Assembly (NCBI GenBank): GCA_951406725.2
Contig: OX597828.1
Coordinates: forward strand, 34,534,001-34,598,000
Direction of reading: 5' to 3'
Source of the DNA: Octopus vulgaris
Lineage: Eukaryota
Length of the DNA stretch: 64,000 bases
Made by a program: the position numbers and the translations under genes. Under the pieces are notes generated by a model. That model made no database searches, had not been told where the DNA came from, and was given only the letters and a program-made list of their open reading frames with translations. This document shows positions 1 to 13,409 of the stretch, in pieces; position 1 is the first letter of the stretch; each line of letters starts with the position of its first letter.

Positions 1-8
1 CTCAGTTC

Positions 9-481
9 TGAACTCATTTGCATACAGCCAATCAGAGCTCATCTTTCAAACTAACTTATGAGCGCATAACAAGTGATGGGTGATAAGATAAGATCTCTTG
101 GGTAAGGAATGACCATGTTTCTTTTCTCTTCTAAAAATGCTTGTTGTTCTTGTTCTTGTTTCAAGCATGGCTGCCTCTTCGTAGTTATTTGTGTTGTTGT
201 TTACTTTGTAAAACAGTAAGGAGAAAGGGTTGCTAACACATAACCCTCTACCCACATTTTCCCCATCCTCATCTTTACCATATGGGGCCCTAACAAAATC
301 CGATAATAGGTATAGAAGCAAATCTATCTAATTACTTGTCTCCTTCTAAAATCAGGCATAACTGGGCGATCGGTCGACTTTCAGCATCGTTCTTTGTCCT
401 GTGTTTACTTGGTAGAGTGTGTTTGTTAACTTGAAAACGAGGTCAAGGTGAGTTCTGATTGGCTGTATGCAAATGAGTTCA
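9..481. mobile_element. Non-autonomous inverted-repeat element (MITE/fold-back), ~36-bp arms
   Basis: gaactcatttgcatacagccaatcagagctcatctt (10-45) is the reverse complement of 445-480 with 2 mismatches; non-coding interior. Confidence 0.6.
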
Positions 482-913
482 TTTCTGGTATCCAGAATTC
501 ACGTGAGAAAAAAAATTTCACATCCCGGTTTTGTTTTCGATCGTATGGAATCCAATATGTCATTTACTTCGTATTTCTCGTGGTTGTTGATATTATAGCT
601 ATTGTCATTGTTTAACCCTTGGTCAGCCCTGGTGGAATCTAACAAAGCTATGATCAAAAGCGCTTCAGCTGTAACCATCCCACCTTGTTAACCGAATGTC
701 TCTTATATGCCCTTTCTCTTATTTGTTGTGGATACTGTTGTCCCGTTACGCCTTATGGAACAGACGGCAACTATCAAAGACATTCCAACCGTGTCTGTCT
801 CGTCATTTCAGACAAACTTTTCCTCTCATTCCATTATTCGACATGTCCTACGTTTTTAATATGATACTAGAACATTATGTGGGAGATTGTAGGGCGTCCA
901 TCAACTAAATTGG

Positions 914-1126
914 TTCCAAAATTTAGCATAAGGCTGGCAATTTTAGAAGCAGGAGTTAAGTGAATTACATCGAGCCCAGTACACAACTGATACTTATTTT
1001 ACCGACACCGAAAAAATGAAAAGCAGAATCTACCTCGGCGGAATTTGAACTCAGAACGTAAAGGTGGGCGAAAGCCGTTTTGCATTTTGCCCGGTGTGCT
1101 AACGATTATGCCAGTTCGCCGCCCTT
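914..1126 (-). mobile_element. tRNA-derived SINE family A, diverged copy
   Basis: Reverse complement of the family consensus ggcggcgagctggcagaatcgttagc...gagttcaaattccgccgaggtcgac. Confidence 0.8.
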
Positions 1127-2023
1127 CCCGTTCTCAATAGTGATAAATGCATCTGTAGTTATATATACAAACCTGCGCAAGATTCCTTTTGAGGAAGATT
1201 GGTAGTTTTCCTTTCTTCACGGCATTGAAGGGAAAGGGCGTTGATTTAAGCTAATACAGCTTGGTACCACTGCTGTCAGGATGTAAAATGCCTAAACAAA
1301 TTCCTCAGGCAAAGTATCCTACCTGACTCTTTAAGAGTTCCGCCTACCCGCCACGACGGATCGGAATTTATAATCACCATCGAAAGTATGACGGTCGAAG
1401 CCGACTTCGAAAGAATTTGAACCCAGAGCGCAGCGCACCGGGACAAAGTGTGTGATATATTTATTTCCATTACTCTAAAGACTGCCAGTTCGCCACTTTG
1501 ATGTGGAAGATAAGATATTCCCTGACGAAAACATGTCTTCTGACCTGAACCATCGACATCAACAGCTTTAAAGATGTGATAGCTTGGATACTGCCGAGTA
1601 TATTACTGGTACTGTTTGGAAAAAACTGAGGTTAATTGAAAACACAAAGCTGACTCATGGAATATTTGGAACTTACTTCCGTACATAAAGAGCCGATTCT
1701 AAAATAGCGATGGGAAACTAATTTGTCACCGCTAAATTTGTCACCGAAAATCAAAGTAAACATTTTTTTTAAATATCTGGCACAAGGCCACAAATTTGTA
1801 TCAATATTAATCGATACAATCAATGTCCGTATTATATCTGGTAATTTAATTCATCGAAGTTGGAGGAGTGTAAAGCAAGGCTAATCTCGAGGGAATTTGA
1901 ACTAAGAACATGGAAGGGTGACACTAAATACTGCAACAGTCTGTCTCCCTCCTTTCTTCTTCTCTTTCAGTCTGTCTGTCTGTCACTCTCTGTCTGTCCG
2001 TCTCTGTCTCTCCGTCTGTCTGA

Positions 2024-2074
<51 letters not shown>

Positions 2075-2075
<1 letters not shown>

Positions 2076-2237
2076 ACGCAGGTGTGGCTGTGTGGTAAGC
2101 AGCTTGCTTTCCAACCACATGGTTCTGGGTTCCGTCACTCTGTGTGGTACCTTGGGCAAGTGTCTTCTACTATGGCCTCGAGCCGACCAAAGCCTTGTGA
2201 CTGTGTTTGGTAGACTGAAACAGAAAGAAGCCCCTGG

Positions 2238-2240
<3 letters not shown>
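2075..2240 (+). mobile_element. SINE family B, 5' half
   Basis: gcaggtgtggctgtgtggtaag...cttgggcaagtgtcttctac...ctgaaacagaaagaagccc, followed by (TA)n. Confidence 0.8.
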
Positions 2241-2315
<75 letters not shown>

Positions 2316-2514
2316 TTTAAAGGGATTTATAATCCTGGCGATTACCCTGTTTCCTCTTGAATAAGTTTCTGATGCCAGCTAAGCACAACGGTCCTTTAGT
2401 GAGACCCGACTTAACAGTAAGTTGCTAGATTCTGGTAACTGTTACCGTTGGATAAACCCGAGTGTCCTATTCAGTAGTGCAGAGTTTCCGTAGAGTAAGC
2501 AAGTAAGTAAGTAA

Positions 2515-2575
<61 letters not shown>

Positions 2576-2612
2576 TGATGATGATGATGATGATAATAAT
2601 AATAATAATAAT

Positions 2613-3016
2613 TCTTTCAATTATAGGCACAAGGCCTGAAATTTGCGGCGAGGGGTAAGTAGATCACATCGAACCCAGTGCGTAACTGGTTCTTATTCAA
2701 TTGAACCCGAAAGGATGAAAGGCAAAGTCGACCTCAACGAAATTTGAACTCAGAACGTAGAGACAGACGAAATATCGCACTTCGCCCGGCACGTTAACGA
2801 TTCTGCCAGCTCGCCGCCTTAGTAATAATATTTATTTCTTTATTGCCCACAAGGGGCTAAACATAGAGGGGACAAACAAGGACAGACAAAGGGATCAAGT
2901 CGATTGTATTGACGCCCCTGTGTGTAACTGGTACTTAATTTAATCCACCCCGAAAGGATGAAAGGCAAAGTCGACCTCGGCGGAATTTGAACTCAGAACG
3001 TAACGGCAGACGGCCT
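2613..3016 (-). mobile_element. SINE A tandem dimer (two different 3' tails) with (ATT/ATC)n tail at 2517-2612
   Basis: Two copies of cgaaaggatgaaaggcaaagtcgacctc...tttgaactcagaacgt. Confidence 0.85.
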
Positions 3017-3021
3017 TAGTA

Positions 3022-3710
3022 ATAATATTAATAATGATCAGGAGAACGGAGGGTTTTCACTTCTATAATTTTATTAAACTGTTATTTACAGCATTCTTTT
3101 CTGGACCTATTCAAGTTTTCAACTGCATTGACAGAACACTGTTAGATATGCATCCTGGTGTCACTGTCAGCACAGTTTCATTAGGGTCCTTATAAGGACG
3201 AAAATAAGGACCCAGTCGAAACTTGCGTAGGTCCAGAAAAGAATGCTACAAATAACTGTTTAATAAAATTATAGGCGCAGGGGTGGCTGTGTGGTAAGTG
3301 ATTGCTTACCAACCACATGGTTCCGGGTTCAGTCCCACTGCTTTTACTTGGTCAAGTGTCTTCTACTATAGCCTCGGGCCAACCAAAGCTTTGTGAGTGG
3401 ATTTAGTAGACAGAAACTGAAAAGAAGCCCGTCGTATATAGATGTGTGTGTGTGTGTGTTTGTGTCTCTGTGTTTGTCCCCCCCAACATCGCCTGACAAC
3501 CGATGCTGGTGTGTTAACGTCATAAGGGGTTTGGCATAAGAGACCGATAGAATAAATACTAGGCTTACAAAGAACAAGTCCTGGGGGTCGATTTGTTTCA
3601 ACTAAAGGTGGTACTCCAACATGACTACAGTCAAATGACTGAAACAAGTAAAAGAGTAAAAGAATAAAAGATTATGTGGAAAATCTCCGTTTTCCTTATC
3701 ATTATTAATA
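3022..3710. mobile_element. Fold-back element whose right arm is split by a SINE B copy
   Basis: Left arm ~3025-3125 pairs with ~3213-3272 and, after the SINE, with ~3677-3710. Confidence 0.65.
3272..3670 (+). mobile_element. SINE family B, full length
   Basis: aggcgcaggggtggctgtgtggtaag (A box), ggttcagtccc (B box), CORE-like ttggtcaagtgtc, internal (TG)n, 3' cagtcaaatgactgaaacaagtaaaaga. Confidence 0.9.
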
Positions 3711-3719
3711 TATATCTAT

Positions 3720-3938
3720 AAAGTGGCGATCTGGCAGAATCGTTAGCACGCTGGACGAAATGCTTAGCGGGTATTTCACCCGTCGCTACATTCTGAGTTC
3801 AAATTCCATCCACTTCGACTTTGCCTTTCATCTTTCGGGGCCGATAAATTAAGCATCAGTTGCGTACTGGGGTCAATCTAATTAACTGGCCACCTCCTCC
3901 CAAATTTCAGGTCTTGTGCCGATAGTAGAAAGAATTAT
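3720..3938 (+). mobile_element. SINE family A (short tail type)
   Basis: Matches the other family A copies in the window. Confidence 0.85.
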
Positions 3939-4257
3939 TGATATGTGTGTGTGTTTGTTTGTCCATCATCACTACTTGACAACCGGTGTTGGTGTGTTTA
4001 CGTTCCCGTAACTTAGCGGTTCGGTAAAAATAAGTCCTGGTGTCGATCTGTTAAACAAAAACTCTTCAAGGCTGTGATCCAGTATGGCCGCAGTCAAATA
4101 ACCGAAACAAGTCAAATAATAAAAGGATATATATTCCTATAGGAGATTTAAGAATTCCTCAGTCACTTCGTCCTTGCTTATCGTAACTTGAGCCTGAAGC
4201 ACATTTTTAAAAAATATTTACCAATATGGAAAGAGAAACCCATTGATCTCTTTGAGT

Positions 4258-4450
4258 AAGGCAGAAAGCATGCCGGACGAAAGAAATACTTAACGGTATT
4301 TCGTCTGCCGCGACGTTCTGAGATCAAATTCCGCCGAGGTCGACTTCGCCTTTCATTCTTTCGCGATCGATGAATTAAGAACCAGTTATGTACTGGGGTC
4401 GATGTAATCGACTCATCCCCTCCCTCGAAATTACTGCCCTTGTGGAAAAA
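4258..4450 (+). mobile_element. SINE family A
   Basis: tcaaattccgccgaggtcgacttcgcctttcat...accagttatgtactggggtcgatg. Confidence 0.8.
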
Positions 4451-5069
4451 AATTTAAAACCATTTTTCTTTTTTGAGTAATAACCGTAGGCTTTAATGCT
4501 TGTGGGGAATTCTTTGTCAACTCCCATAATCCCTTCATTTCCGCCCCACCCCCACCACCACACATTTTCTCAATGTAATCTGTCCATCATGATTTGATGG
4601 TAATGTACTTGTTCACTTCAAATACAAATCCAGCTCTCTACGTATTTACCAATTCGCGGTATCTGTACAAGAGTCTTGCTCACTCAGTGTGTGCGTTCCA
4701 CGTTCCACAGTAGAATCATCAAACAAGGAAATACATGGCTACGAATTTAACTTCTTAATTACTCACACACATATTGTTGTATTTTGGGAAGGCCATTGCG
4801 CCAATCGTAATAAATACCCGCACTGGTTCAATATCACTTCTTTGTTGTTACTCAGTCAGTTAAATATCTATTCAATTCACTTGAGATCCCAGGAAAACCT
4901 TGAAGGGAGGATGCATGTTATTACTGAGGTCGCGAATAGCGACGAACGGACTAAGACAAACGATCAATTGACTGGTTATTGAACCAACGCATCAACACAT
5001 TAAATAAACGATCGATTAGTTTCTTATAACAAACATCAAAAATGTTGCAAATTAAATACGAAAGGAATG

Positions 5070-5122
<53 letters not shown>

Positions 5123-5130
5123 TGTATATA

Positions 5131-5180
<50 letters not shown>

Positions 5181-5254
5181 AATGTATGTTGTATATATAT
5201 ATGTGTATATATTTATGTGTATATATATATATATAGATAGATAGATAAATAGAT

Positions 5255-5296
<42 letters not shown>

Positions 5297-5544
5297 CTCA
5301 CGGTATCGACCAGATTGTCGGATGTTGTTATACACCGCTGATCACAATGCGAACCTCGTATTGTAGTAGCTTTCGAATGATGCCGCCACGCTGACTGGGC
5401 GAATAAGCCAATATCCCTCTCTCTCTCCCTCTCTCTCTCTCCCCTCTCTCTCTATCTCTATCTATCTACCTGGCTGTGTATATATGTGTGTGTGTTTGTA
5501 CATACGCACGCATACACACATAAACACACACGCACACACAATCA

Positions 5545-5978
5545 CAGCGTGGCTGTGTGGCAAGAAGCTTGCCTTTTCAACAACATGGTTCTGGATTCAG
5601 TTCCACTGCGTGGCACCTTCGGCGAGTGTCTTCTACTATAGCCTCACGGACCGACCAAAACTTTGTGAGTGGATTTGGTAGACGGGAACTGAAAGAAGCC
5701 CGTCGTACACACACACACACACACGCGCGCACACACATAGACATATATATTTACATGTGCGTATGCCTGTGCTTGTTCCACCCCACACCACCTTCGCTTG
5801 ACAACCGATGTTGGTGTGTTTATGCCCTCGTAACTTGGAAGTTTGGCGAAAGAGACCGATAGAATGAGTACAAGGCTTACAAAGAATAAGTCCTGGGGTC
5901 TATTCGACTAGAACTCTTTAAGGCGGTGCTCTAGCACGGCCGCAGTCAAATGACTGAAACATACAATAGAGTAAAAGA

Positions 5979-5980
<2 letters not shown>
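5545..5980 (+). mobile_element. SINE family B, full length
   Basis: Both halves present around an internal (CA)n/(TA)n tract. Confidence 0.85.
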
Positions 5981-6009
<29 letters not shown>

Positions 6010-6047
6010 TATAGACATATATATATCTATATATATGTCTATATATA

Positions 6048-6196
<149 letters not shown>

Positions 6197-6246
6197 GACA
6201 TACATATATATATATGCATACACACACATATTTATATATGTATATA

Positions 6247-6285
<39 letters not shown>

Positions 6286-7341
6286 TGAATATATATCTTA
6301 ATCTGTCAACTGTTAAAATACCATCACCAGATTGTTGGGTGCTATCTTCAAATCCACTCTTTCACAAGCATCTATGTTTGGCCATGTCTCCAGTTTGAGG
6401 GTCGAATTTCCCCTTTCCTACCCCCCCCCCGCCGCCAAATCTGGGAGACACGGAAAAAGGTTCGTAAGTGCCTACCTTCCTCTTATCTTAATTAAGAAAA
6501 CTGATGCTGTGCCGTATTTATTTATCGGATACGATACTAATTTAGCTCTAAACCGTTAAATCAACGAATGTTATCAGGACGCAGAACACTGCGGCTTTTC
6601 GCTCATGTGATGTATTTGTGAGTGGGCGGCCATTCATGTGAGCGCCGCGTGCGTGAATATGTGCATGTGTGTCTCTTTAAGCTTATGCGTTCTGTAATTA
6701 TATATGGTTTTAGCGTGCGTACAGTACGCATATCTATAAGTGTATGACTATGTAAGTGTGTGCGTGTTTGTATGAAATAAATGAATGAATAGTTTATCAG
6801 CGTATCGGTTCATTATAAATGTTAGCAAACATCACATTCACAGCGCCATTTTAACCAACTTCATTCAAAACTTTGTTATTTTTTCGTTTTGCTTTGTCTT
6901 TCTCCACAGTTGCAGATTGAGGTCTTATATTATTATTATTGACCATCAATTATGCAGTAATAGTAGAATTATGCAATAGTTTGCCTTGTTGTTCAGTACT
7001 ATGTGATATCTGAGGATAGCTTTTATTGGTTCTCGTTTTATAAATAAATTATGCAATGGTTTCGGTTAGTCTGCTCAAACAGACGTAATTCGTCATGGTA
7101 GTTGAGCGTCTAAATATCGATTTATTTATATGGGCAAACTGCTTCTGATTTATATTGAGAACATAGGTACATGAAATTCTGTCATGTGTTCATTGTAAGA
7201 CATGACGAAATGACACTGTGGTCAAGAATTCTGGTTCGAATCCACAGACTTGTTATTGAAATTTGGTGACTGGTAGCTGTACGAAAGTCAGTTAGATATA
7301 GGTGTGTGTGTCTGTATTTATATATATATATATATATTTAT

Positions 7342-7750
7342 ACAAAATAAGAAAATGGAGAAATACATCTAAATCATTTATCAACTACCAGATAATACCC
7401 AATCACATACTTTATTAAACCTCTACATAAGAACATTAGGGTTAAACATTGTTTTGTTATATATTTTTATGTTTAACCCTAATGTCCTTATGTAGTGGAT
7501 TAATAAAGTATGTGATTGGGTATTATCTGGAAGTTGATAAATGATTTAGATGTATTTCTCCATTTTCTTATTTTGTTTTATTAATTTATGGTAAAAATAA
7601 TTTTACCTTTGCCTATGTAATACAGTAAATGAATTAATTGCATCGCAATTCTTAACATTTATGTATTAACTTTGTTGGGTACTTCACTAGCAGTATATTG
7701 GATATATGTTATCCCATAGTGGGTTGAATTTGCAACCCCTATCTCAATTT
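7342..7750. repeat. Asymmetric fold-back insert in (TA)n: 108-bp inverted arms plus ~170-bp unpaired tail
   Basis: 7342-7449 is the reverse complement of 7469-7576 with 4 mismatches by eye; (TA)n on both sides. Confidence 0.9.
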
Positions 7751-7985
7751 ATATATATATATATTTCATATTTCAATACGGACCAAATAATTCCGGAGAA
7801 AATATTTGCGAAGATATTATTATTGATTCTATTATTATCTAGTGTAACAATTAAAAATGATAATAACAGAATCAATGATATAGGCGATGGCAGTGTATCT
7901 TCGGTGATTTAAATAAAAGTTTTGACTGTTATTTCCAGCAGGTAGACATACTTAGTATGCCTTTTGATTAATTTTAATCATTCAG

Positions 7986-8035
<50 letters not shown>

Positions 8036-8071
8036 ATAGATAGATAGATATATAGATAGATAGATAGATAT

Positions 8072-8108
<37 letters not shown>

Positions 8109-8199
8109 GATGTAAAATCGCAAGAAAAGATAAGAGTCATAACTATAATGAAAAGAGCCGCCACACCGAAGTGGCCGTTCCATGTTTCTAGTAGTTTAA

Positions 8200-8432
8200 C
8201 CCCAGGCAGATTCTCTGCGACTCTGCATCCTTTATATACAATATGTATTGTTAGCGGAGGGAGCGAACTCCTACCACCTTCTATCACCTTCTAACAGGAT
8301 CGTGATACTGACTCAGTTTCGAGCTATTTGGCTCATCCTCAGTCGCAAGCGCCTGTCCGCCAGAGCGATAATCAGAGTCCGCTCCAGCCAAAAATGTATC
8401 GTGAAAAAAGCGACTGGAGTATCTGCCTAGGG
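8200..8432. mobile_element. piggyBac-like MITE
   Basis: TTAA|ccccaggcagattctc ... gagtatctgcctaggg|TTAA: CCC/GGG termini with flanking TTAA. Confidence 0.7.
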
Positions 8433-8541
8433 TTAAAATAGTAATAACATTGAACAGCCACTTTGATGTGGTGACTGACTTTACTTTTTAATATTGTTAC
8501 TACTCTGATCTCTTCATAAGATTTTACAACTAGCTATTTCT

Positions 8542-8602
<61 letters not shown>

Positions 8603-9654
8603 GTGTAATAAATAAAATATATGCGTACATACAAACATATATGTACGTACCTACATCTACATGTATATATACATGCATATATAAATATATATACATGTGT
8701 ACAGGACACCACAAATAGACGTAGAACTCAACGAGAAAACAGCATAACGATCCATAGTCAGGATTAAACTGGAACTCTAAACTACAATAACGTCTTGGAA
8801 TTGAAACCGTTTCGGAAATTCTGTTCTTCCATGAGACATCACCACAATGGTGTATATCTCTTTAGAGGTAAAAAAAAACAAACTGAAGAACGACATTCTT
8901 TCCCCATATATAAATATGATTCTTCCTTTGAAGACATCAAAGACGCATGGTCAAAATATATTTATTTATAACACAGACGGAATCGATGGGAGATCAAGCG
9001 AATATTCATTAACAGGCAACGGATTACGATTAAATGTGCTGAGCCGCCTTCTAGATTTATCTTCAAATTTCTGTTTTGTTAAGAAACGATTCCAAGCACT
9101 AGCTTTATTTTGTTGTTGTTGTTGTTGCTTGAACCCCTCCGGCCATACCTTATTAAGATCAAAGGTGTTCCTGGTGCGAGGATGTTGTTTATGCAAGGAT
9201 GTCTATCGCCAAACGATCTAACTTGTGTTTATTTTTGTAAGATTGTAGAATGTGATTTGACAAAGATTTGCTTGACTTTCTATTTCTAGCAGTTCGATCG
9301 ACCAGGTAAAGGCGCCATTACTGGATCGTTAACGCCAGTTTATTTGTTATGTTAGCAGAATTACCTGCGAGTTTTCCGAAACCAGATCCGGAATTCTTTA
9401 AAGAGATCAGGGGTGCTGATGCCTGTGGGATCTTCTTCCTATGCTTCTACTGAAGGGATCTCATAGATAAACAAGCTGGAAGTCGAAATCATAGCGTGAA
9501 CACGAAGTCAAAACTATGACATCCTTTTTGCTTCTTGCCGTTCATAAGTTACAAATGATATAATATTATGGTCCCGTTTCGTCGTTGTTATCGTTGTCGA
9601 TGATGTTTTTGTAACCTTTGCCAGCAATGTAGTAGGCGTTAAGCTCTTCCTTTA

Positions 9655-9788
<134 letters not shown>

Positions 9789-9804
9789 TTATACATACAT
9801 ATTT

Positions 9805-9859
<55 letters not shown>

Positions 9860-10251
9860 TATATGTGTATGTATGTATTTTAGAGTCAACATATCCTCAT
9901 TTCCGCTTTTATCTTTTTTCCTTCTTCATCAACTAATGTACTTTGTCTCTACCCCTCCTCCACCAACTCATCACCAACGCCGCCGCCGTTATCATCGTAT
10001 TAAAAATATATCATGATCAACTTCATTCAGCTTCCAACAAAAATAAGTAAAAAAAAACAAAGTTTAACGTTTTATTCTAAATCAAACATTGAACCAAACC
10101 CCAAGCAGAACACATCAAGAGATACGGGAAGGACAACCGGATGCTCATATCAAATACTGGAAGTAAAAATATACCTGTGACATCATCAAATTCATTTGGT
10201 CTCATATCTGTGAAGACAAAATAATTGCTGCTGTTATTTAGGGGTAGACGA

Positions 10252-10450
10252 GTTGGCGTGATGGGCGAATCGTTAGCACACAAGACAAACTACAAAGCCG
10301 CTTTTCTTCTAACTCATTATGTTCCGAGTTCAAATTCTACCAAGGTCGGTTGTGTATTTCACCTTTTCTGGGTCGATAAAATAAATGCCACTTGGGTCGA
10401 CGAGCTCCTTTCCTTAGAATTTCGGGCCTTGTGCCTATAATAAAAAGAAT
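10252..10450 (+). mobile_element. SINE family A, diverged
   Basis: gaatcgttagcac...gagttcaaattc...gggtcgataaa...tttcgggccttgtgcctata. Confidence 0.7.
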
Positions 10451-10589
10451 TTCTTTTAAACTTCCGGCACATTTGATCAAGAAGTTTTATTATCAAAGTG
10501 TTCCAGCCATGACCATCTCATTATATTTTCAGGAATACATTCAATCTAGAAGGAAATTATCTCATGTGTCATTTTCAAAGAAAAATAAA

Positions 10590-10699
10590 AAGGGTTCAGT
10601 CTAACCACGTGGCACCTTGGGCAAGTGTTTTCTACTATAGCCTCGAGCCGACCAAAGCCTTGTGACTGGATTTGGTAGACGGAAACTGAAATAGCCGTC

Positions 10700-10755
<56 letters not shown>

Positions 10756-10780
10756 AGATAGAGATATAGATAGATAGATC

Positions 10781-10820
<40 letters not shown>

Positions 10821-11020
10821 TGTATGTATGTATGTATGTATGTATTTGTGCGTCTGTATTTGTCCCCCACCATCGCTTGACAACCGATGGCGATGTCACC
10901 GTAACTTGGCAAAAGAGGCAGATAGAATAAATACTAAGCTTACAAAGAATAAGTCCTGGGGTCGATTTGTTCGACTAAAGGTGGTGCTCCAGCATGGCCG
11001 CAGTCAAATGACTGAAAAAT
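10590..11020 (+). mobile_element. SINE family B, 5'-truncated
   Basis: ggttcagtct...caccttgggcaagtg...; internal compound microsatellite; standard 3' end. Confidence 0.85.
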
Positions 11021-11042
11021 ATATGGATAAAAGTATACATAC

Positions 11043-11122
<80 letters not shown>

Positions 11123-11141
11123 TCTCTCTCTCTCTCTCTCA

Positions 11142-11190
<49 letters not shown>

Positions 11191-11192
<2 letters not shown>

Positions 11193-11559
11193 AGGACTTA
11201 AGGACTGATATAACACGCCATTCTCCACAAAAAGTGGACAGTCAACATGCTAGATATAGACGTCAAATCGCCATTCTCCACAAAAAGTCTATGTTCTCAG
11301 ATCAAACTCAACAGCTAATAGTTAGCAGCAGTTAATTTATCGGTTAGAGAACAAATATTTATATAAAATTAAATTTAGGGTAAAAATTGATATTTACAAT
11401 TAGAACCATATATATATATACCAATTAAGGAATATTTATATATACCAAACACGAAAAGTGGACAGTCAACATGCTAGATATAGACGTCAAATCGCCATTC
11501 TCCACAAAAAGTCTATGTTCTCAGATCAAACTCAACACAAAACCAAAGCAATAAACAAT

Positions 11560-11562
<3 letters not shown>
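11191..11562. repeat. ~84-bp direct repeat in a two-unit insert bounded by (TA)n
   Basis: aaaagtggacagtcaacatgctagatatagacgtcaaatcgccattctccacaaaaagtctatgttctcagatcaaactcaaca at ~11230-11312 and ~11454-11537. Confidence 0.85.
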
Positions 11563-11628
<66 letters not shown>

Positions 11629-13409
11629 TGTAGTCTGGTGAGAATTTGACTACTATTTGTAACAAGCCATGCAACTTTTACAATGGGTCCTTCATCGGCA
11701 AGTATTTGTTGAATAAGAAGACGCTTCTGGTGCTTCTAAAATAACTATGAAGAACCTAAGGTCACATCAAATGTTTCAATGGATCTTTTGGCGTAAATCC
11801 TGAATTCTCCATGTTTCGGTTCATTCAACGATCGGAGCAATCAGTGATAATCTTTTCTGCTAATTATGCATATTTTTTCTATATTATTATTGTTTAGCCT
11901 CAGGTGTGTCTTGGTCGTGCAGATCTATGATAAAAAAGCATTCCATTCACGAGCACCCGGTCTTTTTGTCTATCAGGACTATATCGTCTAATATCCTTTC
12001 ATTAAGTCAGTAGTGTGTAATCTTAGTAAACCTGCCCATAACTTCTAACAGATGTATCGAGCGCAGAGAGTCTCTCTTTACGTAATATAAACTAGCTTTC
12101 TATCCGTGGAGACTGCTTCCTCGCCCTTCTAATACTTCACAGACCAGAATAAAGCATTAAACACGTAGATCTTTGTGATTATTATTATTTGCATATTGTC
12201 TGATGCAAGATATACAGTATTTAAGGTGTGTACCCTATGAGAGACTCCACATGATCTCTCCCCATCTGCAAGAAATGGCAGCCAAATGTCTCTCAAACTC
12301 TCAAACGACGCTGTCCTGTCTTAAAGCGCAAGGGAATATTCGATAATATGTTTTAAATACATTGAAATACATTATGTCTGAGAAAATAAGAGACGAGATT
12401 ATTAAGGTTAAATACATTTGATATTTGGTTTGATAAATCAAAGCTCATTTCGAGTTAAATAACAACAAAAACAAGTTGCGGCTGTCACCAGACTGTAATT
12501 GTTCTCATCTGTCGAGAACGACGAGAGCAAATTATGTTGAAATTAAGACAATTCTATTACCAGGTCAGCTAGATATCTCAGCGAGGACTTTTTTAGTAAG
12601 GAGTATAGTTTATTAGAAACCTGTTCGTTCGTCTATCCAAGGGTGATACTCCGAATGTTAACAAACAAGTGGACTATGTTAAAACACCTCAAGTTCATGC
12701 ATTAATGATAAATCGACAAAAATGACAGATTAAGTCTATGAGTCAAGAATAGGAATTCTCTTTCCAACAGCCTTTCACTGATTCTAGCCATCAAATTTCA
12801 CTCCTAAAGCTTTGATACACACCAGTCTATGGTAAAAGACATTTCTCCTGCCCAAATTACCCAACTGCGGGATCAAATCCGAAACGATTGGGTTGCCAAA
12901 CGCACTTCTTTACTTCATAGCATTGTCTGTAATCTTTTTGTTCAAATGGCCGCGATCTAGATGCGTTTTACCACACACCATCACAGGAATCTTTGTTCCC
13001 ATTAGCTTTCGTAGGTCCTCAATTTCCTGTTGTATGTCTCTGCCAATAACATTAATAGAATAGAGTGCTCTGTTTCCTTTATTAGGTTACAGAGGTCTCC
13101 AAAATATAACATCTAAAACAGCCTGGTGTTCAGAACGATAGTAACGGCCAGCAAAGCCTAATTTGTGTCGAGCAACAGATATGGGTGGAATGTATCAATA
13201 AATCTCTTCTTATGTATTGTGCTTGCATCATGAAATAGTGTATCGATCCTTCCGCTGCCTTAACCTTAATTTTCGCTATAAAGTCATAGAACAAGGGTTA
13301 ATATTTTTCAAGCTGTGTTCTGGCTATCAGTATTCTGGTCTGGATAGCAATTTTATCAATTCACTTTATATCTGATTTTCTTCCAAATTTAATAGGAAAT
13401 CTTGTTCAA

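Noticed and set aside
3272-3345. SINE heads as real tRNA genes
   Set aside because: A and B boxes are present, but each runs into a multi-copy SINE body and no complete cloverleaf is evident.
8790-8845. Weak hammerhead-like traces (also near 34600 and 48720)
   Set aside because: The core is too degenerate to support a call.
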